Positions 24,924 through 37,231 of a stretch of DNA of 64,000 bases are shown here, piece after piece. Below the pieces are notes generated by a model. It was not told the origin of the DNA. It saw only the letters and a list, made by a program, of their open reading frames with translations, and did no database searches. The translations under genes and the position numbers were made by a program. Source of the DNA: Sphyrna mokarran (lineage: Eukaryota); contig JAGIQG010000016.1 of the NCBI GenBank assembly GCA_024679065.1, positions 45,446,001 through 45,510,000 on the forward strand, read 5' to 3'. The first letter of the stretch is position 1; each line of letters opens with the position of its first letter.

Positions 24924-27713
24924 CCCAGAGTATTCAGTATTTAGGAAGAACAGGCATAGAGGAAAGGTGGTGGAGTGGCACTGCTGGTTAAAGAGGGAAT
25001 TAACACAATAGTGAGAAAGGATATTAGCTCTGAATGTGGAGTTTGTATAAATAGAATTGAGAAATACCAAGGGGCAAAAAATATTAGTGGATGTCATATA
25101 TAGACCCCCAAACTGCAGTGGTGTTGGGAATGGCATTAAATATGAAATTAGAGAAGCATGCAATAAGAGAATATCAGTGACCATGGGCGATTTTAATCTC
25201 AGGAAGAAGCATCAAACACCAAGTTAAAGTCCAACAGGTTTATTTAGTAGCAAAAGTCACTAATGATTTTAATCTGCACATAGATTGGGCAAATCAAATT
25301 AACTACAATGCCATAGAGGAGGAATTCTTGGAACATATATGGGATAGCTTGTAACCAACATTTGGAGGAATCAACCACAGAGCATCTTGGACTGGCCACT
25401 GTGTAATAAGAAGGGAATCGTTGCCAATCTAGCTGTACAAAACTTTTTGGGATGAGCAACCATAACAATGCACAATTTTTTTTATTAAGATGGAGAGTGA
25501 AGTCATTGATCCGGAGATTAAGGTGCTGAATTTTAATAAAGGAAACTACAAGGATATGAGGCGTGAATTGGCCTCGAGAGATTGGAGAGAGTTATTTAGA
25601 GGAATGATAGTGGAAAGACAATGGCAAACATTCAAGGAATGTATAGGGGAAATGCAGCAACTGTTTATTCCTATCTGGCATAAAAGTGAAGTGGGTAGCA
25701 GGGGCAATCCATGGCTCACAAAGGAAATTAGAGAGAGTATCTGATCTAAGGAAAAAGCATACAGATTGGCTAAGAAAATAATAGGTCTGAGGATTGGGAG
25801 CAGTTTAAATTCAGCAAAGATCAAGGGATTGATTAAGAAGGGGAAATACATTACAAAAGTAAGCTTGCAGAGACTATAAAGATTGACACTAAGAGTTTCT
25901 ATAGATACATGAAGTGAAAGAGGTTGGGGAAGACAAACATAGGTCCCCTACAGACAGAAATGGGGGAATGTATAATAGGGGACAAAAAAAAAATGGCCAA
26001 GCAATTGAATACATGCTTTGGTTCTGTCTTCACAAAAGATGTCACAAATCAGATGCCTGAAATGTTGGAGAAATCAAGATTTATTGAGAGGGAAGAACTA
26101 AGGGAGATTAATTTTTGTAAAGAAATAGTACTACGAAAGTTGATGGAATTGAAGGCAGATAAATCTTTAAGACCTGGTAATCTACCATCCCAGAATACTT
26201 AAGGAAGTGACTCTAGAAATAGTGGATGCATTGATGGTCATCTTCCAGGATTCTATAGACTCTGGAACAGTCTCTGCAGATTGGAGAGTAGCGTATGTCA
26301 CTCCAATATTCAAAACGGGAGAGAGAGATAAAACAGAGAACTATAGACCAATAAACTTAACACCGGTAGTGGGGAAGATTCTCAAATCCATTATCAAGGA
26401 CTTTATAGCTGAGCATTTAGAAAGTAGTGGCAAGATCGGACAGTCACAATGGATTTATTAAAGGGAAATCATACTTGACAAATCTGTTGAAATTTTTTGA
26501 AAATGTTACTAGTAGAGTTGACAAAGGGGAACCATTAGATGTGGTATATTTGGACTTTCAGAAAGTGTTTGACAAAGTCCTGCACAAGAGATTATTGTAC
26601 GAGATAAAAGCGCAGAGGATTGGAGGAAATATATCGAAATGGATAGAAAACTGGTTGGCAGAGAGAAAACAAAGAGTCAGAATTAATGGGTGCTTTTCAA
26701 ACTGGTGGGGTGCCACAGGGATCTGTGCCAGGACTCCAGCTATTCACAATATATATTATTGACTTGGATGAGGCAACAAAATGTAACATCTCAAAGTTAA
26801 CAGATGATACCAAGTTGGGTGGGAGGGTGAACTGTGACGAGGATGCAGAGATCCTTCAGAATGATCTGGACAGATGGCTGAGTGGGCTAATCAATGGCAA
26901 AGCAGTAAAATTTGGGTAAGGTATGAGATTTTTCACTTTGGAAGCAAACACAAGGCGACAGATTATATCTGAATGGCTGTAAATTAGGAGAGGGGAGTGT
27001 GCAGCAAGACCTAGGTGTTCTTGTGCATCAGATATTGAAGGTAAGCATGCAGGTGCAGGAAGTGGAAAAGGCGGCAAATTGTATGTTGGCCTTCATTGCG
27101 AGGGGTTTTGAATACAGGAGCACAGATGTGTTGTTGCAACTATACATGGCCTTAGTGAGGTCAGACCTAGAGTATTATGTGCAGTTTTGGTCTCCTTTTC
27201 TGAGGAAGGATGTCCTTGCTCTCAAGGGAGTGCAGTGAAGGTTTACCAGGCTGATTCCAGGAATGGTGCGACGGATGTACGAGGAGAGATTGACTAGGTT
27301 AGGATCGTTCTTGCTGAAGAATGAGGAGAGGATCTCATTGAGATTTTTAAAATTCTAACAGGTTCAGACATGGTAGATTCAGGGACAATGGTTTCCAATG
27401 GTATGGAGTCCAGAACCCCACGGGTCACAGTCTAAGGAATCAGGATAGATCATTTAGAATGGAGGTGAGATGACATTTCTTCACCCAAAAGAGTGGAATT
27501 CATTACCACAGGAAGTAGTTGATGCCAAAACATTGAATGCATTCAAGAGCTGGCTAGGTATAGCACTTGGGGTGAATGGGATCAAAGGTTATGGGGAAAA
27601 AGCAGGATTAGGCTATTGAGTTAGATGATCAGCCATGATCCTAATGAATGGTGGAGCAGGCTGGAAGGACCAAATGGCCTTCCCTTGCTCCTATCTTCTG
27701 TCTATGTCTATCT
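24924..27713 (+). mobile_element. Older ~2.8-kb CR1 LINE, decayed ORF2 (endonuclease remnant through RT and 3' UTR)
   Basis: Fragmented frames: YRPP, MGDFN, NFNKGNY, PWLTKEI, YRPINLT, DFQKVFD, GVPQGSV, TDDTKLGG; tctatg tail. Confidence 0.95.
25200..25264 (-). mobile_element. Penelope-like terminal fragment inserted in the CR1 with an 11-bp TSD
   Basis: aacaccaagttaaagtccaacaggtttatttagtagc is the reverse complement of the motif at 52445-52485; gattttaatct on both sides. Confidence 0.65.
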
Positions 27714-29950
27714 ATGTGACCCCAGATCCATGGCAATATGGTTGACTCTCAACTGACTTGAGCAGCCAGCGATGTCCATGTTCCATGAATACATTAAAAA
27801 AAGACTAGCAATGGGGCTAAGGAACAAAAGCCTAACACCTTTAAACAAGCCAAGGCATATGTACCACCTATCCTCCATCTTCAGGTACTATGTACTAAGA
27901 GGGTATGGGAAGCATGGGTTTCCATTGGTTTGGTCCATAATTATGCTGGATACTCAAGGACCAAGAATCCTGCTAGCATGAATGGCTGGAAAATTTCGAC
28001 CCACGTCATTTTGAAGTTGAGAGAAAAAAGAAATCACAATATCGGTAAATGTAAAATTCTATGTTAACTGCTACGTTTATTATAACAACCAGTTTCAAGT
28101 TGGTTGTTGTAGGAGTGCCGTGCACATCTGGCCAAAGGGAATTTTGGTGCAGATGGTGCTTTGCTTCCGATTGCATTGAAGAGCTGTATGCAAACTTGAA
28201 ACAGTGAAAAAAAATTCTGCCCCCAACCTGCAACCTCTCACTCAAGGTCACTTTATTTAATGTTAGCAGAACCTCTGCATTCAACTAAGATTAAAAATGT
28301 TGTAAAAAGTCAAAAGAGTATTTTAAAACAGAGCCTTGGCGGGGCTGCAATTTTATCAAAACCAGCACACACAATCTAACATGTGCAACAAACCTTTTGA
28401 AGAGGGTTTCGCATCACAGAGCTTGACTGCACTCAGGAGTTACATTAACACTTGACTTAAATTACACTGCCACTTTGATGTGTGTCCATAACAACTTCAC
28501 ATTGATCTGAAAACGGTCAGCAAGAACAAAGTCAATTCACGGCTCAAAAAAAATGGCCAATCAACCCACTACCCTGCCTTGGGACTCCGAGTTATCCACT
28601 TAGTCACAATTCCTTCGCCTTTTCAACAGCCTCGCCTGCAAATTTATTTCTGAGGTACTTACCGACTCCTGTTTTAGGAAAGTGATTACAGATTCTGATT
28701 CAATTGCCAAAAAAAAATCAAACAGAATCTAACCTTTTCCTCTGTTCTTTTACCGGTCCTGTATCAGTCTTGGATCTGAATACTTTGTGGCTCCAAACTC
28801 AATGCAGAAGGAAACTATGTGGATGGTATTCTGAAAACTATGTGGTCGGCTTTAGTCCAAAACCACTGTTCGCATCATTCATTTTAAAAGGTAGTCAGAC
28901 CACGCTCTATCCCTGTTTCTAAAATTCTAGAATAATTTTCTGCATAATAACTGCACCCACCAACTATAATCATAATTCTCCCCTTGAAGCATTTCGCGAC
29001 CTTAATGCCTTGCAGAAAGCTATATTGGACGCAGTTAGTAATTCTGCCCAGTCTGTATCCTGCCTTCTAAAGCAATCTGTCGGAAAGCTCAGTGAATAAA
29101 GGCTTCACACAATTGCGCTGTGATTATATTTTATCTAATAATGTGAATGCAATCAGATTTGCTTCAATATGTAATACTGTAATGTGTGCTGCCATTGAAA
29201 TAGTATACTTTTCCAACATTAACCATTACTCGCACAATTATTAACTCCACAAATCCTCCAAATTTTTAATTTCTCTCTTTATTAATCATATTGGGGTGGG
29301 CGGGGGTGGGAGGGTGAAATTTGAAAGTGGACACAGTTTCTGCAAGGAGAATAGCCAACAAAATGGAAATACTTCATATTTTGTACCAGGAAATTCCTGG
29401 GAGATTTGCCAGAAACAGCAAGAACATCAGCTGGTGCTGCAGCCCATACTACTCAATACATGATTCATTCAGACATCGCTTCCAATAAATTATTTAGTTG
29501 GGAGTAATTTTAAACAGAATTTGTGGCAGCAGGTTCCAGCATGTTCGTGTTCCAGCTTGGCTTTGCCACCTTTTTATTATAAGCTGGGACTTTATTGATT
29601 CTATGAAATCAGATTGGGACGTAAGGACATTGGGAGCAGATAGTCTTTTCGTGAGTAGATTGTGAAATGAATCAGTTGCATGACTTGAAAAGAATGCATT
29701 ACACTTTCTCTCAAGTTGCACCCATGGCATTATCTGCTTTCAATCTGACACTTTATAATTATTCAATCCGAATGAGTAGGCTTTTGTTGAATCTGTCTAG
29801 TGTTCTAATTCAGCTTTGAATTTATTCGCCGCTGTTCCAATTGCACATCCAAATGAAACACCAGGTGGCACCATGGCTGCAGTTAAGGAAGGTCTCTCAT
29901 GGCTCTGGATATGTGAAGAGCCAGAATAATGACCTGGTTTGAAATTCTTT

Positions 29951-30128
29951 GGGCAGAATTTTCCCATAATTTGTCAGCAGGCAGGATTTTCCAGCTGTGC
30001 TCACCCCAAAGCCAGAAAATCCCAGCCGCCCGAGATCAATGGACTTTTGGTCGACAAGAATCTTGTTTCCCAACCTGTGTGACATCGCTGTTCTTGCTGA
30101 CTATGAATGCAGGCACAAAATCATCCCC
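29951..30128. mobile_element. Harbinger-like MITE
   Basis: GGGCAGAATTTT ... AAAATCATCCC imperfect TIRs; internal ggattttc/gaaaatcc inverted pair. Confidence 0.6.
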
Positions 30129-30354
30129 ATTTTGATCCAGTTGAGAACCTCCATTGCATTGCACATTTAAACCACATAAAAATAGATACCAATCGCTCAT
30201 GAATATTTATACTGTGCAATACTGTAATGTTATAATGATTGTCAGCTCTTCTATCATGAATTTACACTGTCTAGTTTAAAGAAACAATCCCTTCCAATGT
30301 CGCACATGCAAAGAAAGCTGTGATCGGCCATGGTCTGTGGTTTTCAGCGTGAAG

Positions 30355-30677
30355 TCATAAAATCTATAGAATCATAGAATCCCTACAGTGCAGGAGGAGG
30401 CCATTTGGCCCATCAAATCTGCACCGACCACAATCCTACCAAGGCCCTATTCCCACAACCCTACATATTTGTCCTGCTAATCCCCCTGACTCTACAGTCA
30501 ATGTACCATGGCCAGTCAACCTAACCTGCACATCACTGGATTGTGGGAGGAAACCAGAACACTTGGAGGAAACCCATGCAGACACAGGAAGAATGTTCAA
30601 ACTCCTCTCAGACCGTGGCCAGAGTTGAACCTGGCACTGTGAAGCAGCAGAGCTAACCACTGTATCATCATGCTGCC
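30355..30677 (-). mobile_element. HE1-like V-SINE
   Basis: (catagaat)n tail, full body and head. Confidence 0.9.
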
Positions 30678-30929
30678 TAGGAGCTGTACTCATGCTGGTC
30701 CTTTATCCCCCACAAGGTAAGTAAAACATTTAGCTTTTGGATGGCAGCCTCTGGCAATTCCTTTGAGGACTGTTTGGTTGTTGAGTACCTGAACAGAAGC
30801 ACATTTAAAGCGCAAGCACAAACCTTACTGTCTATTTTCGCAAAGGGGCTGTAGGTATTACGTTATTGATCCACACCAGTTTCAGACATGCATCTCAGAC
30901 ACCTATATGGGAACCCTAACCAACATGGT

Positions 30930-31290
30930 AGGTGGCACAGTTTGTTTGCAGAATGAGTGTGTGCACGTTGTTCCTCATGGTGACCATGGTATTCCTCATG
31001 GTGGGTGGCACAGGGACACCAGGGACCCGGCTTCGATCTCTGGCTTGAGTCACTGCCTGTGTGGAATTTGCACATTCTCCCTGTGTGATGTGGAGGTTTC
31101 CTTCCTCCCACAGTTCAAAGATGTGCAGGTTAGGTGGATTGGCAATGCTAAATTGGCCCTTGGTGTCAGGGGGACTAGCTAGGGTAAATATGTAGGGTTA
31201 CTGGGATAGGGCCTGGGTGGAATTGTGGTCAGTGCAGAGGTGATGGGCCAAATGGTCTCCTTTTGCACTGTAGGATTCCATGATTCTATG
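30930..31290 (+). mobile_element. HE1-like V-SINE with rearranged 5' end
   Basis: Body from caccagggacccggcttcgat to gattctatga; catggt(a/g)ggtggcacag duplicated. Confidence 0.85.
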
Positions 31291-31629
31291 ATCTGTTGAC
31301 ATTGATAAAATGGGAGGGTGCAGGGAGCATGATCCATTTTCTAAGACTGCACCTGTTAATGTTGCATTAACAAGATAGCTCCACTGATTCTGACTTTTTA
31401 AACGTATTCCATGAATCAAAGTGTTTGAATATGGAACTCATATAACGGCTTCAGAACTCAGTGTAAATACACTGTAGGGGAAACAATTGAACACAGATCT
31501 TGGAAGGCAGTTTTCACTTACTGTCGCAGCACTCAAAGACTAAAACGAATATAATGCTTCCTGAGGATTTATTTCAAATACATCTGCTTCAGATCTATTC
31601 TCTTGTTTTTCATAGGATAGCATATACGC

Positions 31630-31659
31630 GTGTGTGTGTGTGTGAGAGAGAGAGAGAGA
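31630..31659. repeat. Compound (GT)n(GA)n microsatellite
   Basis: gtgtgtgtgtgtgtgagagagagagagaga. Confidence 0.95.
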
Positions 31660-31816
31660 TGTGAGTTATGAAATGAAAGCTTTTTTAGAAAAGGAGGGTC
31701 CAACTTTTCAAATATATCTTTGTTCTACTCCCTCTCTGAATAAATTTTACAAATACTGTCAGAGGTTAAACTTACACAGATGACCTGCACCTCTGGTACA
31801 GCAATACACTGAGTGG

Positions 31817-32098
31817 GAATCATACAGTGCAGAAGACAGCCATTTGGCCCATCAAACCACAATCTCACCCAGGCATTTACCCTAGCTAGTCTCCCTGACA
31901 CTAAGGGGCAATTAAGCATGGTCAATCCACACATTTTAGGACTGTGGGAGGAAACCGGAGTACCCGGAGAAAACCCGTGCAGACAGTAGACACAGGGAAA
32001 ATGTGCAAACTCCACACAGACAGTGACCTAAGGCTGGAATTGAACCATGGTCCCTGGTGCTGCGAGGCAGCAGTGCTAACCACTGTGACACTGTGCTG
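31817..32098 (-). mobile_element. HE1-like V-SINE
   Basis: Tail, V-domain and head motifs. Confidence 0.9.
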
Positions 32099-32727
32099 CT
32101 CTTACTTGAAAATCAAGCAAGGGAGATCAGTGGTTGGCAGTGATTCCCTAGTATCAGTCACAGAAATTAATTGTTCAATCTTAGCCATTTATTCAATGGG
32201 TCATCTGTCTAAAAATCACATTCACAGGCACAAAACGGGGGAGGAATGAATGTGTCGGAGAAGAATGATTTATTCCTGAAACTGTACAGTGTACCATATA
32301 AAGCAGGAAAAACACATTTTATGAATTAGGTCATTCAGAGCCAACTGTGTCATGATTGTACCTTAATAATAATTAATTAGCCCCACTCCTGCTACTTTTT
32401 CTGAATATCTCTGCAACTTTTTCTTCAACTATTTATCTAATTCCCTTTTGTAAAGCAGGAAATATCACAGAAAAACAAAACAGAAGTCAAGCAAAATGCC
32501 TTAATCTATTCTTGGGAACTGAGCTGATCATAGTTAGATTTGAGCTTACACAACTTAATAAGGGGAATTGTTACACCCACTTGGGAAGGCAGACAGGTCA
32601 TTTTAAGATGGCAACACATCCCCAGTACTGCACTGAAGCATCAGGCTGGTTTATGTGTTTAAGTGTTTGGAAGAGGATTTCAATCCTTTCAGCTTTCTGA
32701 CAGAGCCAAGGCAGACAGCTAATGACC

Positions 32728-33040
32728 GGCATAATGGCAGTGGTTAGCACTGCTGCCTCACAGCACCAGGGACCCGGGTTCAATTCTGGCTATGGGTCAC
32801 TCTCTGTGTGGTGTATACACACATTCTCCGTGTCTAGGTGAGTTTCCTGTGGGAGCTCCAGTTTCCTCCCACAGTCCAGAGACGTGAGGGTTAGGCCACG
32901 CTAAATTTCCCCTTAGTGTAGGGGGGACTAGCAACGGTAAATACGTGGGGCTGTAGGAATAGACCTTGGGTGTGATCGTGGTTGGTGCAGACTCGATGGG
33001 CCGAATGGTGTCCTCCTTCACTGTAGCGATTTTATGATTT
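32728..33040 (+). mobile_element. HE1-like V-SINE
   Basis: tggcagtggttagcactgctgcctcacagcaccagggacccgggttcaattc to atgggccgaatgg. Confidence 0.9.
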
Positions 33041-33369
33041 AATTGCTTCCTTGAGGCTTTTTCTTTTCACATCAACTTGGAAATTCGAATGTGATCTTTG
33101 AATTGTGATTCAGATTCAGAGAAATGCACAGAAAGGAACCAAGCCAAACATTTCTGTATCCCATTTTTTGGTGGAGGAGTCACTTTTTGTGAGCTAACTG
33201 TGTTAATTCTGTTGGATGTGTGCACCAATGCGACTTCACTGCTCTTACCTTTCACTACCACAGTGGTGGTCTTCCTCACTATGGACTTCTTTGCATTGTG
33301 AATTGAGCCTCTACTCGGCAGGGAGCCATTCATGTGAGAGCACATGGTGCAGCTAGCACTTAACAACAG

Positions 33370-34130
33370 CTTCTATTATGTAGCATCTTTAATGTAATCA
33401 AATGTTGCAAGGTGCTTCCTGGAGCCTTATAAAGCAAAACATAATACTGAACCATTGAAGAAGATATTAGTTCAGATGTCTTGGTTAAAGAGGTAAGTTT
33501 TAAGGAGTCTCCAAAGGAGAAGAAGCAAGATGGAGAGGTGTAGGGAGTAAACTGAGAGTTTAGGATTTAGTCCATTGAAGGCACAGCCATCAAGGGTATA
33601 GTGGTTAAAATCAGAGTTGCACGAGAGACTAAATTCAGCACTGATGTCAGCGAGAATACAGGACTGAAAGATATTACAAAGATAAGGCCATGGAGGCATT
33701 TGAAAAGATGGCTGAGAATATTAAAACTCAAATTGTTGCTTAACTCGGAGGTATTGAAGGTCAGTAAATACAGGCATGATTGGAGATCAGGACGGCAAAG
33801 TGTTGGGTACCACTCCTCACAATACAGATTGTAGAACATAGAAGATCAGTGAGCTGAGTATTGTAATAGTCAAATCTAAAGATAATAAATGCATGAATGA
33901 GGGTTTCATCAGTATATGAGTTGAGACAGAGGTGAAGTCAGATGATGAAATGAAGGTGTAAATAGACAGAATTGTTGATGGTATAAATAGACAGGGTTGG
34001 TGGTGGTTAGAACATGTGGTTGAAAGCTTATCTGAAGACCAAATATGACACCCAGGTCAACCACAAACTTATTTAGTCATAGGCTATTGCCAGAAAGGGG
34101 ATTTGGAGTCATTAGGTGGGTATTGAAATT
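33370..34130 (-). mobile_element. L2-like LINE 3' relic
   Basis: aaagaggtaagttttaaggag, gaaggcacagccatcaa, aggccatggaggcatttgaaaa and aatagtcaaatcta motifs. Confidence 0.65.
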
Positions 34131-34260
34131 TGGAGCGTTCTTAAAGATAGTCTGTCCCTCTTAAAGTGAAGTGTACTGTACAATGTTTCTGGAATTTAAA
34201 TCATGGAAAATGGAACACTCAGGCAGGCAGACAGAAAGCTCTGGAATGATTAATGTGATA

Positions 34261-34446
34261 ATGGAGGCATTAGTTGTCTAGGTGCACAGGAAGATTTGGT
34301 AAACATAGCAGGAACCTCTTCAAGAAGCAAACTCAGAAAGGAGTGCGAGCAGGTGACTAGGATGATCAATGCCCAGTATCTGGACACGAGGAACTGGCAG
34401 TAGTGCCTTGAGAAATTAAATGATCTAAGGAGCAAGGTCAAGGTCA
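34261..34446 (+). pseudogene. Myb/SANT-like DNA-binding domain relic of a Harbinger transposon
   Basis: MEALVV*V... then SSRSKLRKECEQVTRMINAQYLDTRNWQ*CLEKLNDLRSKVK (pattern W..VA..IN.....R.W.QC..K.NDL). Confidence 0.7.
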
Positions 34447-35254
34447 ATGAATGCACCTTCACATGACCTCTCCTATTCACTCCACCAACAACTTTTCAAG
34501 CTTCCCCAAGCACCACACAAACATCAGTTACCCATTGGGACATCCTAGTAATCAAGACTCATGCATAAGATTGAGATACTCTACTCCATTCTTAGATCCA
34601 CTTCACACACTCCCATATACCTCCAGCTATTCAGTTATGATATGCACATCACCTGAACACAGAAATCACTGACGTTCTGCCCTGTGTGGAAGAGAGTAGA
34701 GTGAAAGTGGTGGACCATAAGGATGTTTACATTGGCTTAGCCCTACATGGAGGTGGCTCTCAGCAGGATGGGTCAGCTCTGTCAAACTTCCGTGGTGCCT
34801 GGCACCACTGAGAACTTTGAGGGTAATGGTACATTCTTGTCTTCTTCCCTTCTCAGTTTCCAGTGCGCCCTCATTCCTCCTTTGTTGTGACCATTGCCTT
34901 TTATTTCTCATTGCATCTCCATTCTCTCACAACAACAATCCCCCCTTGACTTAGAATGTCTCATTCTTTTAGATGCGATATATAAATACAAAGTAGTTGT
35001 TGTTGTAAAGCCATGCAGTTCTGAGTCCTCTTGTTTTAACCATGTGACGCAAATGGTGAGGACAAAATCTCAATGAGCAGGGTTTTTGTTTTCATTAATA
35101 GTTATTTTTGTGCTTTCAGGATTTTTGTATATAGTAAACTTCCAGCAAGAGAGGTGGAAAAAAAATAGAATGATACCTACGCTAGGTGTTAACCTGATCA
35201 CATCGTCACAGGGGAAGATCTCATTCTGAGATCTCCCTGGCATCAGTCCCTTTA

Positions 35255-35777
35255 TCATAGAAACTCTACAGTCAGAAGGAGGCCATTTGACCCATCGAGT
35301 TGGCACTGACAAAATTCCCACTTAGGGCTTATCACCATAACCCCACATATTTAACCCGTTAAATCTTCTAACCTACTCATCCCGAGACGCAAGGGGAAAT
35401 TTAGCATGGCCAATGCACCTAACCCGCACATCTTTGGATTGTGGGAGGAAACTGGAGCACCCGGAGGAAACCCATACAGACACGGGGAGAATGTGCAAAC
35501 TCCACACAGGCACAGTGACCCAAGCTGGGAATCGAACCCAGGTGCCTGGCGCTATAAAGCAGAGGTGCTAACCACTTGAGGCCTGTAAGTCTTTGTGACT
35601 TGTAAGTCATCTTAATCTGTTTTCTAATCTTACATGAGTCATAGAATCCCTACAATGCAGAAGGAGGCCATTCAGACCATTGAGTCTGCACTGCCTCTCT
35701 GACAGAGCACTTTACCCAGGCTGAAATCGAACCCAGAATCCTGGGGCAGTAGTGCTAACCACCATGCACCACGCTGC
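35255..35777 (-). mobile_element. Two tandem HE1-like V-SINEs (35255-35577 full; 35637-35777 internally deleted)
   Basis: Two catagaa tails and two gtgctaaccac heads. Confidence 0.85.
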
Positions 35778-36974
35778 CTTTATGGTCCTCTCACAAGAGT
35801 TTCTGTCCATAACAGGATAGAAGTCTGCATCAAGCAAGGTCAGAAAATCGCCCCCATAGTCTTTTGGTTCCAGAACTAGAGGAAAGAACCCCATCTTTTT
35901 CAAAATACCTCAAGGCATCTCTAAAATTGGAAATTTATAATAGCTACATTCCACATAATTTCTGGCTGCTTGTTTTTGCTGGTTTGGTGTTTTACGAGAA
36001 TGCATGTTCCTGTTCAGGTCCAGAAATCCTCTTTGTTATTGTCTGATGATGAGAGAACTCCTCAAGACAAGTATCTTATTAAAATCTTAATTCAAAACAG
36101 TGCGATTTGCTGTTTTTTAAACAATGGGAAATGCCAACTTCCCATTTCCAACTTGAGATAAAATGCAAGACTGTGACTCATCAAGATTCTCGTATCCCAA
36201 TGTTGAACAGTTCAGGGAAATGAAAGGTCAGTGTGCCTGCTGCAATCTTCAAAGAATGCATTACAACAGTTTGAAAAATGTCACTTCATGTAAAGGAAAA
36301 ACAAGTCTATGATTGTTTCCATTTAAAAAAGGCGCAGAATGCCATAACTGGATACTATTAATGATCATCATTGTTGTATGCAATTATTGAATCCCGTAAC
36401 TTCAACATCACGCTGTATAATAAACACCAATTTTGGACACGGTGAATGAAGGTCATACTGAATTCAGTTACTGGATGCCATTACTGCTGCATTATAAAAC
36501 ATGTTACTAGATTCCATCATGAATGACATTACTGAATATAATAACTTCAGGAGTCAGCTGGAAAGAAACAGTGCTTTATCATACAAAATAAAGCAAAGCA
36601 AAACCACAAACTTGTGGTGAATACAAACAGGTCCCAATCAGGACTATGCAACAATGGAACCACTCGGAGGCCTGCTTTGTAAAGGGTTCGGTATATGAGC
36701 TCCACCAGGATACGGTAATTACCAATTACCAGGGAACTCATTTTACGAGTCCTCCAGAGAGGTCATCCAGTGATTCCCCATGCAAGTCCTGGGGGTTATA
36801 CTGAACACCATTATAATGTTCTTATTGAAACTTGTTACAGGGAAGTTGCATCGGAGTTGGCAACTCAACATGATGAGTTTGACCCAGCACAGGTACGATA
36901 GGTCAAATGTACTGTAAAGTCTGCAATTCTCTTTTTGGATGCCAATACTGTAGTTCATTAGGACACACTATCAA

Positions 36975-37231
36975 AAAGTTTATTTATTAATTGCAAGTAA
37001 ATATATTAACACTGCAATAAAGCTACCATGAAATTCCCCTAGTCACTGCATTCCGTCACCTGTTTGGGTCAATGTACCTAACCAGCACGTCTTTCAGAAT
37101 GAGGGGGGAACTGGAGCTCCTGGGAGAAATCCACACAGACATGGGGAGAGTGTGCAAACCCAGTGACCCAAGCTGGGAATCGAACCTGGTCCCTGGCGCT
37201 GAGGCAGCAGTGCTAACCACCATGCCGCCCC
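36975..37231 (-). mobile_element. V-SINE with tail B
   Basis: aaagtttatttatta...attaacactgcaataaagctaccatgaaattcccctagtcac tail joined to the standard body and head. Confidence 0.85.

Larger units (their letters stand above)
24676..27802 (+). mobile_element. MetaSINE-like SINE split by an old CR1
   Basis: 5' part 24676-24923 ends ctggtccacatgt; resumes at 27714 atgtgaccccagatcc...atgaatacattaaaaaaa. Confidence 0.8.

Noticed and set aside
32728-32790. tRNA-like A/B boxes
   Set aside because: These are SINE heads; there is no complete cloverleaf, so no tRNA gene is called.
33248-33352. Minus-strand donor AAG|gtaaga with a 99-aa ORF
   Set aside because: The acceptor is weak, the peptide is unrecognisable and it abuts an L2 relic.
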